Assembly: GCF_036507355.1 (NCBI RefSeq)
Contig: NZ_AP027877.1
DNA: 64,000 nt
Direction: 5' to 3' (one strand)
DNA from: Escherichia coli
GTDB taxonomy: Bacteria > Pseudomonadota > Gammaproteobacteria > Enterobacterales > Enterobacteriaceae
This document shows, one piece after another, positions 33,515 through 50,093 of the stretch (within the stretch, counting starts at the first letter, position 1; every line of letters starts with the position of its first letter). The position numbers and the translations under genes were made by a program. The notes below the pieces were generated by a model. It was not told where the DNA came from, did not search any database, and was given only the letters and a program-made list of their open reading frames with translations.

Positions 33515-33608
33515 AAATATGGATTGAAAACTTTACTTTATGTGTTATCGTTACGTCATCCTCGCTGAGGATCAACTATCGCAAACGAGCATAAACAGGA
33601 TCGCCATC

Positions 33609-34679
33609 ATGCAAAAAGACGCGCTGAATAACGTACATATTACCGACGAACAGGTTTTAATGACTCCGGAACAACTGAAGGCCGCTTTTCCATTGAGCCT
33701 GCAACAAGAAGCCCAGATTGCTGACTCGCGTAAAACCATTTCAGATATTATCGCCGGGCGCGATCCTCGTCTGCTGGTAGTATGTGGTCCTTGTTCCATT
33801 CATGATCCGGAAACTGCTCTGGAATATGCTCGTCGATTTAAAGCCCTTGCCGCAGAGGTCAGCGATAGCCTCTATCTGGTAATGCGCGTCTATTTTGAAA
33901 AACCCCGTACCACTGTCGGCTGGAAAGGGTTAATTAACGATCCCCATATGGATGGCTCTTTTGATGTAGAAGCCGGGCTGCAGATCGCGCGTAAATTGCT
34001 GCTTGAGCTGGTGAATATGGGACTGCCACTGGCGACGGAAGCGTTAGATCCGAATAGCCCGCAATACCTGGGCGATCTGTTTAGCTGGTCAGCCATTGGT
34101 GCTCGTACAACGGAATCGCAAACTCACCGTGAAATGGCCTCCGGGCTTTCCATGCCGGTTGGTTTTAAAAACGGCACCGATGGCAGTCTGGCAACGGCAA
34201 TTAACGCTATGCGCGCCGCCGCCCAGCCGCACCGTTTTGTTGGCATTAACCAGGCAGGGCAGGTTGCGTTGCTACAAACTCAGGGGAATCCGGACGGGCA
34301 TGTCATCCTGCGCGGTGGTAAAGCGCCGAACTATAGCCCTGCGGATGTTGCGCAATGTGAAAAAGAGATGGAACAGGCGGGACTGCGCCCGTCTCTGATG
34401 GTAGATTGCAGCCACGGTAATTCCAATAAAGATTATCGCCGTCAGCCTGCGGTGGCAGAATCCGTGGTTGCTCAAATCAAAGATGGCAATCGCTCAATTA
34501 TTGGTCTGATGATCGAAAGTAATATCCACGAGGGCAATCAGTCTTCCGAGCAACCGCGCAGTGAAATGAAATACGGTGTATCCGTAACCGATGCCTGCAT
34601 TAGCTGGGAAATGACCGATGCCTTGCTGCGTGAAATTCATCAGGATCTGAACGGGCAGCTGACGGCTCGCGTGGCTTAA
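33609..34679 (+). CDS. aroF: DAHP synthase, Tyr-sensitive, 356 aa
   Basis: ATG 33609; [42 protein letters not shown]... Confidence 0.93.
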   Translation: MQKDALNNVHITDEQVLMTPEQLKAAFPLSLQQEAQIADSRKTISDIIAGRDPRLLVVCGPCSIHDPETALEYARRFKALAAEVSDSLYLVMRVYFEKPRTTVGWKGLINDPHMDGSFDVEAGLQIARKLLLELVNMGLPLATEALDPNSPQYLGDLFSWSAIGARTTESQTHREMASGLSMPVGFKNGTDGSLATAINAMRAAAQPHRFVGINQAGQVALLQTQGNPDGHVILRGGKAPNYSPADVAQCEKEMEQAGLRPSLMVDCSHGNSNKDYRRQPAVAESVVAQIKDGNRSIIGLMIESNIHEGNQSSEQPRSEMKYGVSVTDACISWEMTDALLREIHQDLNGQLTARVA

Positions 34680-34689
34680 GAGGTTTATT

Positions 34690-35811
34690 ATGGTTGCTGA
34701 ATTGACCGCATTACGCGATCAAATTGATGAAGTCGATAAAGCGCTGCTGAATTTATTAGCGAAGCGTCTGGAACTGGTTGCTGAAGTGGGCGAGGTGAAA
34801 AGCCGCTTTGGACTGCCTATTTATGTTCCGGAGCGCGAGGCATCTATGTTGGCCTCGCGTCGTGCAGAGGCGGAAGCTCTGGGTGTACCGCCAGATCTGA
34901 TTGAGGATGTTTTGCGTCGGGTGATGCGTGAATCTTACTCCAGTGAAAACGACAAAGGGTTTAAAACGCTTTGTCCTGCGTTACGCCCGGTAGTTATCGT
35001 TGGCGGCGGCGGTCAGATGGGACGTCTGTTCGAGAAGATGCTGACACTCTCGGGTTATCAGGTGCGGATTCTGGAGCAACATGACTGGGATCGAGCGGCT
35101 GATATTGTTGCCGATGCCGGAATGGTGATTGTTAGTGTGCCAATCCACGTTACTGAGCAAGTTATCGGCAAATTACCGCCTTTACCGAAAGATTGTATTC
35201 TGGTTGATCTGGCATCAGTGAAAAATGGACCGTTACAGGCCATGCTGGCGGCGCACGATGGCCCGGTACTGGGGTTACACCCAATGTTTGGTCCGGACAG
35301 CGGTAGCCTGGCAAAGCAAGTGGTGGTCTGGTGTGATGGACGTAAGCCGGAAGCATACCAATGGTTTCTGGAGCAAATTCAGGTCTGGGGCGCTCGGTTG
35401 CATCGTATTAGCGCCGTCGAGCACGATCAGAATATGGCGTTTATTCAGGCACTGCGCCACTTTGCTACTTTTGCTTACGGGCTGCACCTGGCAGAAGAAA
35501 ATGTTCAGCTTGAGCAACTTCTGGCGCTCTCTTCGCCGATTTACCGCCTTGAGCTGGCGATGGTCGGGCGACTGTTTGCTCAGGATCCGCAGCTTTATGC
35601 CGACATCATTATGTCGTCAGAGCGTAATCTGGCGTTAATCAAACGTTACTATAAGCGTTTCGGCGAGGCGATTGAGTTGCTGGAGCAGGGCGATAAGCAG
35701 GCGTTTATTGACAGTTTCCGCAAGGTGGAGCACTGGTTCGGCGATTACGCACAGCGTTTTCAGAGTGAAAGCCGCGTGTTATTGCGTCAGGCGAATGACA
35801 ATCGCCAGTAA
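34690..35811 (+). CDS. tyrA: T-protein: chorismate mutase / prephenate dehydrogenase, 373 aa
   Basis: [51 protein letters not shown]... Confidence 0.95.
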   Translation: MVAELTALRDQIDEVDKALLNLLAKRLELVAEVGEVKSRFGLPIYVPEREASMLASRRAEAEALGVPPDLIEDVLRRVMRESYSSENDKGFKTLCPALRPVVIVGGGGQMGRLFEKMLTLSGYQVRILEQHDWDRAADIVADAGMVIVSVPIHVTEQVIGKLPPLPKDCILVDLASVKNGPLQAMLAAHDGPVLGLHPMFGPDSGSLAKQVVVWCDGRKPEAYQWFLEQIQVWGARLHRISAVEHDQNMAFIQALRHFATFAYGLHLAEENVQLEQLLALSSPIYRLELAMVGRLFAQDPQLYADIIMSSERNLALIKRYYKRFGEAIELLEQGDKQAFIDSFRKVEHWFGDYAQRFQSESRVLLRQANDNRQ

Positions 35812-35817
35812 TAATCC

Positions 35818-35846
35818 AGTGCCGGATGATTCACATCATCCGGCAC
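35818..35846. terminator. Bidirectional terminator between convergent tyrA and pheA
   Basis: agtgccggatgat-tcacatc-atccggcac hairpin followed by cttttcatc. Confidence 0.7.
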
Positions 35847-35853
35847 CTTTTCA

Positions 35854-37014
35854 TCAGGTTGGATCAACAGGCACTACGTTCTCACTTGGGTAACAGCCCA
35901 ATACCTTCATTGAACGGGTGATTTCCCCTAACTCTTTCAATGCTTTTTGCATTTCCGCTGATTCAAGATTGGCCTGAATATCCAGATAAAACATCTCTTC
36001 CCATGGATTACCGTGAATCGGGCGTGATTCCAGACGGGTCATAATCAGATTGTGGTTGCGCAGTACCAGCAACGCTTCAACCAGCGCACCGGCTTGTTGC
36101 CCGGTCGCCATTAACAACGTCGTTTTCGCCGGAACCTGATCAGACACGTTAATGGCTTTACGCGCCAACACCACAAATCGGGTGAAGTTTTGTCGCTGAT
36201 TCGCTTCAATACGCTCCAGTACCTGCAAACCGTACAAAGTGCCGCCAGCTTCGCTTCCCAACGCAGCAACATACGGTGATTTTGCCTGTGCAACCTTTTC
36301 CATTGCCGCAGACGTACTTTCGGTATATTCAATCTTCCAGTGCGGATAACGATTAAGGAATTTGCTGCATTGCTGGAATGGCTGCGGATGGCTGTAGACC
36401 GTATTGATGGTGGATAAATCAGTAGTGCCAGAGACCAACAAACAATGGTCGATAGTTAACGTCATCTCGCCAACAATCGACAAGCTGGTATGTTGCAGCA
36501 GATCGTAAACGTCATTTATGGCACCGGAGCTGGTATTTTCAATCGGTACGACGGCATAGTCGGCCTGGCCGGTTTCCACCTGATTAAAAATATCGGCAAA
36601 TTTGGCGCAGCCACTTTCAATGAATTGCTCAAAGTGACGGGCAGCATACTGGCGCGCCGCAAGATGGGAATAAGAACCTTTGGGGCCGAGAAAAGCGATG
36701 CGTGCTGAGTGCGGATTAATTTTATTGAGATGTTGCTGGAGCAAAGCCTGCTGAGTTAATACGGAATCTTCAATGATGAGCTGGAACAGGCGAGTAATGT
36801 AATGGGCGTCCAGATGGTGCGCTTTACCGAGCGTAATTAATCTTTCCAGTAAATCGCGTTCACGATCAATATCACGTACCGGGCGATGCGAGAGCAGTTT
36901 GGCTTTTCCCACCTCGACGGCCAGTTCGCGCCGCTCTGAGAGTAATGCTAATAATTTTTCATCCAGCGCGCTGATTTTCTCTCGCAGCGCCAGTAACGGG
37001 TTTTCCGATGTCAT
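35854..37014 (-). CDS. pheA: P-protein: chorismate mutase / prephenate dehydratase, 386 aa
   Basis: [48 protein letters not shown]... Confidence 0.95.
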   Translation of the reverse strand: MTSENPLLALREKISALDEKLLALLSERRELAVEVGKAKLLSHRPVRDIDRERDLLERLITLGKAHHLDAHYITRLFQLIIEDSVLTQQALLQQHLNKINPHSARIAFLGPKGSYSHLAARQYAARHFEQFIESGCAKFADIFNQVETGQADYAVVPIENTSSGAINDVYDLLQHTSLSIVGEMTLTIDHCLLVSGTTDLSTINTVYSHPQPFQQCSKFLNRYPHWKIEYTESTSAAMEKVAQAKSPYVAALGSEAGGTLYGLQVLERIEANQRQNFTRFVVLARKAINVSDQVPAKTTLLMATGQQAGALVEALLVLRNHNLIMTRLESRPIHGNPWEEMFYLDIQANLESAEMQKALKELGEITRSMKVLGCYPSENVVPVDPT

Positions 37015-37036
37015 AGTGTTGCCTTTTTGTTATCAA

Positions 37037-37066
37037 TAAAAAAGGCCCCCCGATTTGGGAGGCCTT
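37037..37066 (-). terminator. pheA attenuator terminator hairpin
   Basis: Minus strand: aaggcctccc-aaatc-gggggg cc followed by TTTTTT, between pheL and pheA. Confidence 0.75.
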
Positions 37067-37112
37067 ATTGTTCGTCTTCGCATTCTGTTTCACACGACGA
37101 AACGCCTCCCAT

Positions 37113-37160
37113 TCAGGGGAAGGTAAAAAAGAATGCGAAGAAAAACGGTGTGTGTTTCAT
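37113..37160 (-). CDS. pheL: pheA leader peptide, 15 aa (MKHTPFFFAFFFTFP)
   Basis: Minus-strand ATG 37158-37160 to TGA 37113-37115; seven Phe codons. Confidence 0.85.
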   Translation of the reverse strand: MKHTPFFFAFFFTFP

Positions 37161-37263
37161 GTTTGTTTCCTTAAGTGACTTTAGTACAGTACCCGTACTG
37201 TTTTCACGCTGTCAACAAAAAACGCGCCCGAAGGCGCGTTGGCGATACACTCAATATAAAGGA

Positions 37264-37659
<396 letters not shown>

Positions 37660-37852
37660 TCAAAATGTGTGATGGAAATCTCATAATTTTGTCACTTTTT
37701 GTCAACGAATCTTTTTTGTGAGAAATCGCAGGAAGAGGTGTTTTTTTACTTGAGGAATATCTCAAAGCGAGCCATATTTGATGAGATCGATAGTGACTAA
37801 ATCGCTTCAGTTTCACAACTAACAGAATAAAAAAACGGCAGCTCAAGGGCTG

Positions 37853-39278
37853 TAATGCCGATCAGTTAAGGATCAGTTGACCGATCCAGTGGCTGTGTAA
37901 GAATCCGGAAACGCTCACTCGTTTCCGGATTTTTTTATGCACATTGGACAGGCTCTTGATCTGGTATCCCGTTACGATTCTCTGCGTAACCCACTGACTT
38001 CTCTGGGGGATTACCTCGACCCCGAACTCATCTCTCGTTGCCTTGCCGAATCAGGTACTGTAACGCTACGCAAGCGCCGTCTTCCCCTCGAAATGATGGT
38101 CTGGTGTATTGTTGGCATGGCGCTTGAGCGTAAAGAACCTCTTCACCAGATTGTGAATCGCCTGGACATCATGCTGCCGGGCAATCGCCCCTTCGTTGCC
38201 CCCAGTGCTGTTATTCAGGCCCGCCAGCGCCTGGGAAGTGAGGCTGTCCGCCGCGTGTTCACGAAAACAGCGCAGCTCTGGCATAACGCCACGCCGCATC
38301 CGCACTGGTGCGGCCTGACCCTGCTGGCCATCGATGGTGTGTTCTGGCGCACACCGGATACACCAGAGAACGATGCAGCCTTCCCTCGCCAGACACATGC
38401 CGGGACCCCGGCGCTCTACCCGCAGGTCAAAATGGTCTGCCAGATGGAACTGACCAGCCATCTGCTGACGGCTGCAGCCTTCGGCACGATGAAGAACAGC
38501 GAAAATGAGCTTGCTGAGCAACTTATAGAACAAACCGGCGATAACACTCTGACGTTAATGGATAAAGGTTATTACTCACTGGGATTGTTAAATGCCTGGA
38601 GCCTGGCGGGAGAACACCGCCACTGGATGATCCCTCTCAGAAAGGGAGCGCAATATGAAGAGATCAGAAAACTGGGTAAAGGCGATCATCTGGTGAAGCT
38701 GAAAACCAGCCCGCAGGCACGAAAAAAGTGGCCGGGACTGGGAAATGAGGTGACAGCCCGCCTGCTGACCGTGACGCGCAAAGGAAAAGTCTGCCATCTG
38801 CTGACGTCGATGACGGACGCCATGCGCTTCCCCGGAGGAGAAATGGCGGATCTGTACAGTCATCGCTGGGAAATCGAACTGGGATACAGGGAGATAAAAC
38901 AGACGATGCAACTGAGCAGGCTGACGCTGAGAAGTAAAAAGCCTGAGCTTGTGGAGCAAGAGCTGTGGGGTGTCTTACTGGCTTATAATCTGGTGAGATA
39001 TCAGATGATTAAAATGGCGGAACATCTGAAAGGTTACTGGCCAAATCAACTGAGCTTCTCAGAATCATGCGGAATGGTGATGAGAATGCTGATGATATTG
39101 CAGGGCGCTTCATCGGGACGTATACCGGAGCTGATGCGCGATCTTGCAAGTATGGGACAACTTGTGAAATTACCGACAAGAAGGGAAAGGGCCTTCCCGA
39201 GAGTGGTAAAGGAGAGGCCCTGGAAATACCCCACAGCCCCGAAAAAGAGCCAGTCAGTTGCTTAACTGACTGGCATTA
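37853..39278 (+). mobile_element. IS4 insertion sequence (1426 bp) flanked by a 12-14 bp direct repeat cagctcaagggctg
   Basis: Imperfect terminal inverted repeats TAATGCCGATCAGTTAAG... (37853-) and ...CTTAACTGACTGGCATTA (-39278); direct repeat at 37839-37852 and 39279-39292. Confidence 0.9.
37937..39265 (+). CDS. insG: IS4 transposase (DDE), 442 aa
   Basis: [63 protein letters not shown]... Confidence 0.92.
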   Translation: MHIGQALDLVSRYDSLRNPLTSLGDYLDPELISRCLAESGTVTLRKRRLPLEMMVWCIVGMALERKEPLHQIVNRLDIMLPGNRPFVAPSAVIQARQRLGSEAVRRVFTKTAQLWHNATPHPHWCGLTLLAIDGVFWRTPDTPENDAAFPRQTHAGTPALYPQVKMVCQMELTSHLLTAAAFGTMKNSENELAEQLIEQTGDNTLTLMDKGYYSLGLLNAWSLAGEHRHWMIPLRKGAQYEEIRKLGKGDHLVKLKTSPQARKKWPGLGNEVTARLLTVTRKGKVCHLLTSMTDAMRFPGGEMADLYSHRWEIELGYREIKQTMQLSRLTLRSKKPELVEQELWGVLLAYNLVRYQMIKMAEHLKGYWPNQLSFSESCGMVMRMLMILQGASSGRIPELMRDLASMGQLVKLPTRRERAFPRVVKERPWKYPTAPKKSQSVA

Positions 39279-39315
39279 CAGCTCAAGGGCTGCCGTTTTG
39301 TGTTTCAGGTTTCTG

Positions 39316-40053
39316 TTATGTATTGCTGCTGTTTGCGGCGATGATTTTCGCTACTTTTTCAGCTTGCGCATTCATCTGCATCTGACGGTATGCATTTTCC
39401 ATCAGCGGCAGCGCATCACGCGTAGCCTGGGTATCCGGGTAGTCGCGCAACATGCCTTCTACGCGGTTAACGACGGCAACCCATGCGCCACGTTCTGTAT
39501 AGTACTCGGCCACGGAGTATTCATATTTCGCCAGACGATCTTTCAGGAATACCAGACGTTTGGTGGCATCGGTGGTGTACTGACTGTTTGGATAGCCGCG
39601 CACCAGTTTGGAAAAGTCACTAAACGCAGCTCGTGCATGTTGAGGATCGCGATCGCTACGGTCAACGCCAAAGAACCCTTGCAGCGCACTGTCATCCAGC
39701 GCCATATTGGTCAGGCCACGCATGTACATGACATAATCGATATTCGGATGGGTCGGGTTAAGGCGAATAAAACGATCGATGGCAGCCTGCGCTAACGGCA
39801 AATCGGCGTTTTTATAGTAGGCGTAGATGAGATCCAGCTGTACCTGCTGCGAATACGGACCAAACGGATAGCGATTATCTAACGCTTCCAGTTGCGTTAT
39901 TGCCTGTCTCCAGTTACCGTCCTGCAGCTTTTGTTGTGCAGTCGCGTAAATTTCATTTGGCGGATTATCAGGTACTTCTTCCTTTGACCCCGAGCAACCC
40001 GCCAAAAACAGGCTTAGTGTGGCGGCTGCCACCAGATATTTCATGCGCGTCAT
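39316..40053 (-). CDS. bamD: Outer membrane protein assembly factor BamD (TPR lipoprotein), 245 aa
   Basis: [50 protein letters not shown]... Confidence 0.95.
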
Positions 40054-40187
40054 GACGTTTTGACTTTCCTCAAAATGTAATACGGGAGATTCTCTGTTCC
40101 TGCTCCCGGTTAAGACCAGCTACAATAGCACACTATATTAAACGGCAAAGCCGTAAAACCCCAACGATAAACGAAGAAGCAGTATAT

Positions 40188-41168
40188 ATGGCACAACGAG
40201 TACAGCTCACTGCAACGGTGTCCGAAAACCAACTCGGTCAACGCTTAGATCAGGCTTTGGCCGAAATGTTCCCGGATTATTCACGTTCGCGAATAAAAGA
40301 ATGGATCCTCGACCAGCGCGTGCTGGTTAACGGCAAACTTTGTGATAAGCCGAAAGAAAAAGTATTGGGTGGCGAGCAGGTTGCCATCAACGCAGAGATT
40401 GAAGAAGAAGCGCGTTTTGAACCGCAGGATATCCCGCTGGATATCGTCTATGAAGATGAAGACATCATCGTCATTAATAAACCGCGCGACCTGGTGGTTC
40501 ATCCTGGCGCGGGTAACCCGGATGGCACGGTACTGAATGCGTTGCTTCATTATTATCCGCCTATTGCCGATGTACCGCGTGCGGGCATCGTCCATCGTCT
40601 GGATAAAGACACCACTGGCCTGATGGTTGTGGCAAAAACCGTTCCGGCTCAGACGCGTTTAGTCGAATCTTTGCAAAGGCGTGAAATTACTCGTGAGTAC
40701 GAAGCGGTGGCGATTGGTCATATGACCGCTGGCGGTACGGTGGATGAGCCAATCAGTCGCCACCCGACCAAACGTACTCACATGGCGGTGCATCCGATGG
40801 GTAAACCAGCGGTGACTCACTATCGCATCATGGAACACTTCCGTGTGCACACGCGTCTGCGGTTGCGTCTGGAAACTGGACGTACGCACCAGATCCGCGT
40901 GCATATGGCCCATATCACTCATCCGCTGGTGGGCGATCCGGTTTATGGTGGCCGTCCGCGTCCGCCAAAAGGTGCTTCGGAAGCGTTTATCTCCACGCTG
41001 CGTAAGTTTGACCGCCAGGCGCTTCATGCAACCATGCTGCGTCTTTATCACCCGATCTCCGGCATCGAAATGGAATGGCATGCGCCTATTCCACAAGATA
41101 TGGTGGAGCTGATTGAGGCGATGCGTGCCGATTTCGAAGAACATAAGGATGAAGTGGACTGGTTATGA
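40188..41168 (+). CDS. rluD: 23S rRNA pseudouridine synthase RluD, 326 aa
   Basis: MAQRVQLTATVSENQLGQRLDQALAEMFPDYSRSRIKEWILDQRVLVNG... Confidence 0.95.
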   Translation: MAQRVQLTATVSENQLGQRLDQALAEMFPDYSRSRIKEWILDQRVLVNGKLCDKPKEKVLGGEQVAINAEIEEEARFEPQDIPLDIVYEDEDIIVINKPRDLVVHPGAGNPDGTVLNALLHYYPPIADVPRAGIVHRLDKDTTGLMVVAKTVPAQTRLVESLQRREITREYEAVAIGHMTAGGTVDEPISRHPTKRTHMAVHPMGKPAVTHYRIMEHFRVHTRLRLRLETGRTHQIRVHMAHITHPLVGDPVYGGRPRPPKGASEAFISTLRKFDRQALHATMLRLYHPISGIEMEWHAPIPQDMVELIEAMRADFEEHKDEVDWL

Positions 41169-41896
41169 GTAAGCTGATTGTCCCGCAGTGGCCGCTGCCA
41201 AAAGGTGTTGCGGCTTGTAGCTCTACTCGTATCGGCGGCGTGAGCTTGCCCCCGTATGACTCGCTCAACCTCGGTGCCCATTGTGGCGATAACCCGGATC
41301 ACGTTGAGGAGAATCGCAAGCGACTTTTTGCTGCGGGCAATTTGCCTTCTAAACCGGTCTGGCTTGAGCAGGTACACGGCAAAGATGTGCTTAAGCTTAC
41401 TGGCGAACCTTATGCCTCAAAACGAGCAGATGCCTCTTATAGCAATACGCCTGGCACGGTTTGCGCAGTGATGACTGCCGACTGCCTCCCTGTGCTGTTT
41501 TGCAATCGAGCGGGAACGGAAGTCGCCGCCGCTCATGCTGGCTGGCGTGGACTGTGCGCAGGCGTGCTGGAAGAGACAGTTTCCTGTTTTGCTGATAATC
41601 CGGAAAATATTCTCGCCTGGTTAGGGCCGGCAATTGGTCCACGCGCGTTCGAAGTGGGGGCGGAGGTTCGCGAGGCGTTTATGGCAGCAGACGCCAAAGC
41701 GAGTACAGCTTTCATTCAGCATGGTGATAAGTATCTGGCGGATATTTATCTGCTTGCCCGGCAGCGTCTGGCGAGCGTTGGTGTTGAACAAATTTTCGGC
41801 GGCGACCGTTGTACATATACGGAAAATGAGACTTTCTTCTCTTATCGTCGCGACAAGACCACCGGGCGTATGGCAAGTTTCATTTGGCTGATATAA
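41165..41896 (+). CDS. yfiH: YfiH/PgeF (DUF152 family), 243 aa; start overlaps rluD stop
   Basis: MSKLIVPQWPLPKGVAACSSTRIGGVSLPPYDSLNLGAHCGDNPDHVEENRKRL... Confidence 0.9.
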   Translation: MSKLIVPQWPLPKGVAACSSTRIGGVSLPPYDSLNLGAHCGDNPDHVEENRKRLFAAGNLPSKPVWLEQVHGKDVLKLTGEPYASKRADASYSNTPGTVCAVMTADCLPVLFCNRAGTEVAAAHAGWRGLCAGVLEETVSCFADNPENILAWLGPAIGPRAFEVGAEVREAFMAADAKASTAFIQHGDKYLADIYLLARQRLASVGVEQIFGGDRCTYTENETFFSYRRDKTTGRMASFIWLI

Positions 41897-41958
41897 CCTA
41901 AAGAATCAAGACGATCCGGTACGCGTGATTTTCTTTTCACATTAATCTGGTCAATAAC

Positions 41959-41987
41959 CTTGAATAATTGAGGGATGACCTCATTTA
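41959..41987 (+). promoter_or_regulatory. Sigma-32 heat-shock promoter of clpB
   Basis: CTTGAAT (41959-41965) and CCTCATTTA (41979-41987). Confidence 0.6.
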
Positions 41988-42025
41988 ATCTCCAGTAGCA
42001 ACTTTGATCCGTTATGGGAGGAGTT

Positions 42026-44599
42026 ATGCGTCTGGATCGTCTTACTAATAAATTCCAGCTTGCTCTTGCCGATGCCCAATCACTTGCACTCGGGCACGAC
42101 AACCAATTTATCGAACCACTTCATTTAATGAGCGCCCTGCTGAATCAGGAAGGGGGTTCGGTTAGTCCTTTATTAACATCCGCTGGCATAAATGCTGGCC
42201 AGTTGCGCACAGATATCAATCAGGCATTAAATCGTTTACCGCAGGTTGAAGGTACTGGTGGTGATGTCCAGCCATCACAGGATCTGGTGCGCGTTCTTAA
42301 TCTTTGCGACAAGCTGGCGCAAAAACGTGGTGATAACTTTATCTCGTCAGAACTGTTCGTTCTGGCGGCACTTGAGTCTCGCGGCACGCTGGCCGACATC
42401 CTGAAAGCAGCAGGGGCGACCACCGCCAACATTACTCAAGCGATTGAACAAATGCGTGGAGGTGAAAGCGTGAACGATCAAGGTGCTGAAGACCAACGTC
42501 AGGCTTTGAAAAAATATACCATCGACCTTACCGAACGAGCCGAACAGGGCAAACTCGATCCGGTGATTGGTCGTGATGAAGAAATTCGCCGTACCATTCA
42601 GGTGCTGCAACGTCGTACTAAAAATAACCCGGTACTGATTGGTGAACCCGGCGTCGGTAAAACTGCCATCGTTGAAGGTCTGGCGCAGCGTATTATCAAC
42701 GGCGAAGTGCCGGAAGGGTTGAAAGGCCGCCGCGTACTGGCGCTGGATATGGGCGCGCTGGTGGCTGGGGCGAAATATCGCGGTGAGTTTGAAGAACGTT
42801 TAAAAGGCGTGCTTAACGATCTTGCCAAACAGGAAGGCAACGTCATCCTGTTTATCGACGAATTACATACCATGGTCGGCGCGGGTAAAGCCGATGGCGC
42901 AATGGACGCCGGAAACATGCTGAAACCGGCGCTGGCGCGTGGTGAATTGCACTGCGTAGGTGCCACGACGCTTGACGAATATCGCCAGTACATCGAAAAA
43001 GATGCTGCGCTGGAACGTCGTTTCCAGAAAGTGTTTGTTGCCGAGCCTTCTGTTGAAGATACCATTGCGATTCTGCGTGGCCTGAAAGAACGTTACGAAT
43101 TGCACCACCATGTGCAAATTACTGACCCGGCAATTGTTGCAGCGGCGACGTTGTCTCATCGCTACATTGCTGACCGTCAGCTGCCGGATAAAGCCATCGA
43201 CCTGATCGATGAAGCAGCATCCAGCATTCGTATGCAGATTGACTCAAAACCAGAAGAACTCGACCGACTCGATCGCCGTATCATCCAGCTCAAACTGGAA
43301 CAACAGGCGTTAATGAAAGAGTCTGATGAAGCCAGTAAAAAACGTCTGGATATGCTCAACGAAGAACTGAGCGACAAAGAACGTCAGTACTCCGAGTTAG
43401 AAGAAGAGTGGAAAGCAGAGAAGGCATCGCTTTCTGGTACGCAGACCATTAAAGCGGAACTGGAACAGGCGAAAATCGCTATTGAACAGGCTCGCCGTGT
43501 GGGTGACCTGGCGCGGATGTCTGAACTGCAATACGGCAAAATCCCGGAACTGGAAAAGCAACTGGAAGCCGCAACGCAGCTCGAAGGCAAAACTATGCGT
43601 CTGTTGCGTAATAAAGTGACCGACGCCGAAATTGCTGAAGTGCTGGCGCGTTGGACGGGGATTCCGGTTTCTCGCATGATGGAAAGCGAGCGCGAAAAAC
43701 TGCTGCGTATGGAGCAAGAACTGCACCATCGCGTAATTGGTCAGAACGAAGCGGTTGATGCGGTATCTAACGCTATTCGTCGTAGCCGTGCGGGGCTGGC
43801 GGATCCAAATCGCCCGATTGGTTCATTCCTGTTCCTCGGCCCAACTGGTGTGGGGAAAACTGAGCTTTGTAAGGCGCTGGCGAACTTTATGTTTGATAGC
43901 GACGAGGCGATGGTCCGTATCGATATGTCCGAGTTTATGGAGAAACACTCGGTGTCTCGTCTGGTTGGTGCGCCTCCGGGATATGTCGGTTATGAAGAAG
44001 GTGGCTACCTGACCGAAGCTGTGCGTCGTCGTCCGTATTCCGTCATCCTGCTGGATGAAGTGGAAAAAGCGCATCCGGATGTCTTCAATATTCTGTTGCA
44101 GGTACTGGATGATGGGCGTCTGACTGACGGGCAGGGGAGAACGGTCGACTTCCGTAATACGGTTGTCATTATGACCTCTAACCTCGGTTCCGATCTGATT
44201 CAGGAACGCTTCGGTGAACTGGATTATGCGCACATGAAAGAGCTGGTGCTCGGTGTGGTTAGCCATAACTTCCGTCCGGAATTCATTAACCGTATCGATG
44301 AAGTGGTGGTCTTCCATCCGCTGGGTGAACAGCACATTGCGTCGATTGCGCAGATTCAGTTGAAACGTCTGTATAAACGTCTGGAAGAACGTGGTTATGA
44401 AATCCACATTTCTGACGAGGCGCTGAAACTGCTGAGCGAGAACGGTTACGATCCGGTCTATGGTGCACGTCCTCTGAAACGTGCAATTCAGCAGCAGATC
44501 GAAAACCCGCTGGCACAGCAAATACTGTCTGGTGAATTGGTTCCGGGTAAAGTGATTCGCCTGGAAGTTAATGAAGACCGGATTGTCGCCGTCCAGTAA
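42026..44599 (+). CDS. clpB: Chaperone/disaggregase ClpB (AAA+), 857 aa
   Basis: ATG 42026; [44 protein letters not shown]...; two Walker A motifs GEPGVGKT and GPTGVGKT. Confidence 0.96.
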
Positions 44600-44604
44600 A
44601 TGAT

Positions 44605-44632
44605 AAAACGAGCCCTTCGGGGCTCGTTTTTG
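44605..44632 (+). terminator. Rho-independent terminator of clpB
   Basis: acgagccc-ttcg-gggctcgt followed by TTTTT. Confidence 0.8.
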
Positions 44633-44713
44633 TCTATAAGTTAGACGGAAAAGACTATATTTAAGATGTTTTGCCTGAAAAGTGAGCGAACGATAAAGTT
44701 TTTATATTTTTCG

Positions 44714-44742
44714 CTTGTCAGGCCGGAATAACTCCCTATAAT
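44714..44742 (+). promoter_or_regulatory. rRNA operon promoter P1 (with upstream A/T-rich UP element)
   Basis: TTGTCA (44714-44719), 17-nt spacer, TATAAT (44737-44742), then gcgccacc discriminator. Confidence 0.85.
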
Positions 44743-44832
44743 GCGCCACCACTGACACGGAACAACGGCAAACACGCCGCCGGGTCAGCGGGGTTCTCCT
44801 GAGAATTCCGGCAGAGAAGGCAAAAATAAATG

Positions 44833-44861
44833 CTTGACTCTGTAGCGGGAAAGCGTATTAT
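44833..44861 (+). promoter_or_regulatory. rRNA operon promoter P2
   Basis: TTGACT (44833-44838) and TATTAT (~44856-44861). Confidence 0.75.
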
Positions 44862-45042
44862 GCACACCCCGCGCCGCTGAGAAAAAGCGAAGCGGCACTG
44901 CTCTTTAACAATTTATCAGACAATCTGTGTGGGCACTCGAAGATACGGATTCTTAACGTCGCAAGACGAAAAATGAATACCAAGTCTCAAGAGTGAACAC
45001 GTAATTCATTACGAAGTTTAATTCTTTGAGCATCAAACTTTT

Positions 45043-46584
<1,542 letters not shown>

Positions 46585-46669
46585 CCTTAAAGAAGCGTTC
46601 TTTGTAGTGCTCACACAGATTGTCTGATAGAAAGTGAAAAGCAAGGCGTCTTGCGAAGCAGACTGATAC

Positions 46670-46745
46670 GTCCCCTTCGTCTAGAGGCCCAGGACACCGC
46701 CCTTTCACGGCGGTAACAGGGGTTCGAATCCCCTAGGGGACGCCA
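46670..46745 (+). tRNA. gltW: tRNA-Glu (anticodon UUC) in the 16S-23S spacer
   Basis: gtccccttcgtctagaggcccaggacaccgcccTTTCAcggcggtaacaggggttcgaatcccctaggggacgcca. Confidence 0.95.
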
Positions 46746-46938
46746 CTTGCTGGTTTGTGAGTGAAAGTCGCCGACCTTAATATCTCAAAACTCATCTTCG
46801 GGTGATGTTTGAGATATTTGCTCTTTAAAAATCTGGATCAAGCTGAAAATTGAAACACTGAACAACGAGAGTTGTTCGTGAGTCTCTCAAATTTTCGCAA
46901 CACGATGATGAATCGAAAGAAACATCTTCGGGTTGTGA

Positions 46939-49841
<2,903 letters not shown>

Positions 49842-49933
49842 ACAACGCCGAAGCTGTTTTGGCGGATGAGAGAAGATTTTCAGCCTGATACAGATTAAAT
49901 CAGAACGCAGAAGCGGTCTGATAAAACAGAATT

Positions 49934-50053
49934 TGCCTGGCGGCCGTAGCGCGGTGGTCCCACCTGACCCCATGCCGAACTCAGAAGTGAAACGCCGTAG
50001 CGCCGATGGTAGTGTGGGGTCTCCCCATGCGAGAGTAGGGAACTGCCAGGCAT
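49934..50053 (+). rRNA. rrfG: 5S ribosomal RNA, 120 nt
   Basis: TGCCTGGCGGCCGTAGCGCGGTGGTCCCACCTGACCCCATGCCGAACTCAGAAGTG...AACTGCCAGGCAT. Confidence 0.98.
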
Positions 50054-50065
50054 CAAATAAAGCGA

Positions 50066-50093
50066 AAGGCCATCCTGACGGATGGCCTTTTTG
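50066..50093 (+). terminator. rRNA operon terminator hairpin
   Basis: aaaggccatcc-tgac-ggatggccttttt. Confidence 0.85.

Noticed and set aside
39067-39795. 242-aa plus-strand ORF spanning the IS4 right end into bamD
   Set aside because: Crosses the IS4 boundary and runs antisense to bamD; no independent support.
41897-42046. Possible small RNA (RyfD-like) in the clpB leader region
   Set aside because: I recall an sRNA annotated near the clpB 5' end in K-12, but nothing in the sequence itself lets me place its ends, so it is not reported as a feature.
43823-44521. 232-aa minus-strand ORF antisense to clpB, with similar long antisense ORFs opposite gabD (3608-4288), csiD (6075-6689), ffh (27089-27703), rluD (40659-41144) and srmB (62328-63263)
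   Set aside because: Each is fully contained in and antisense to a well-supported conserved gene, with no RBS or motif support; typical shadow ORFs.
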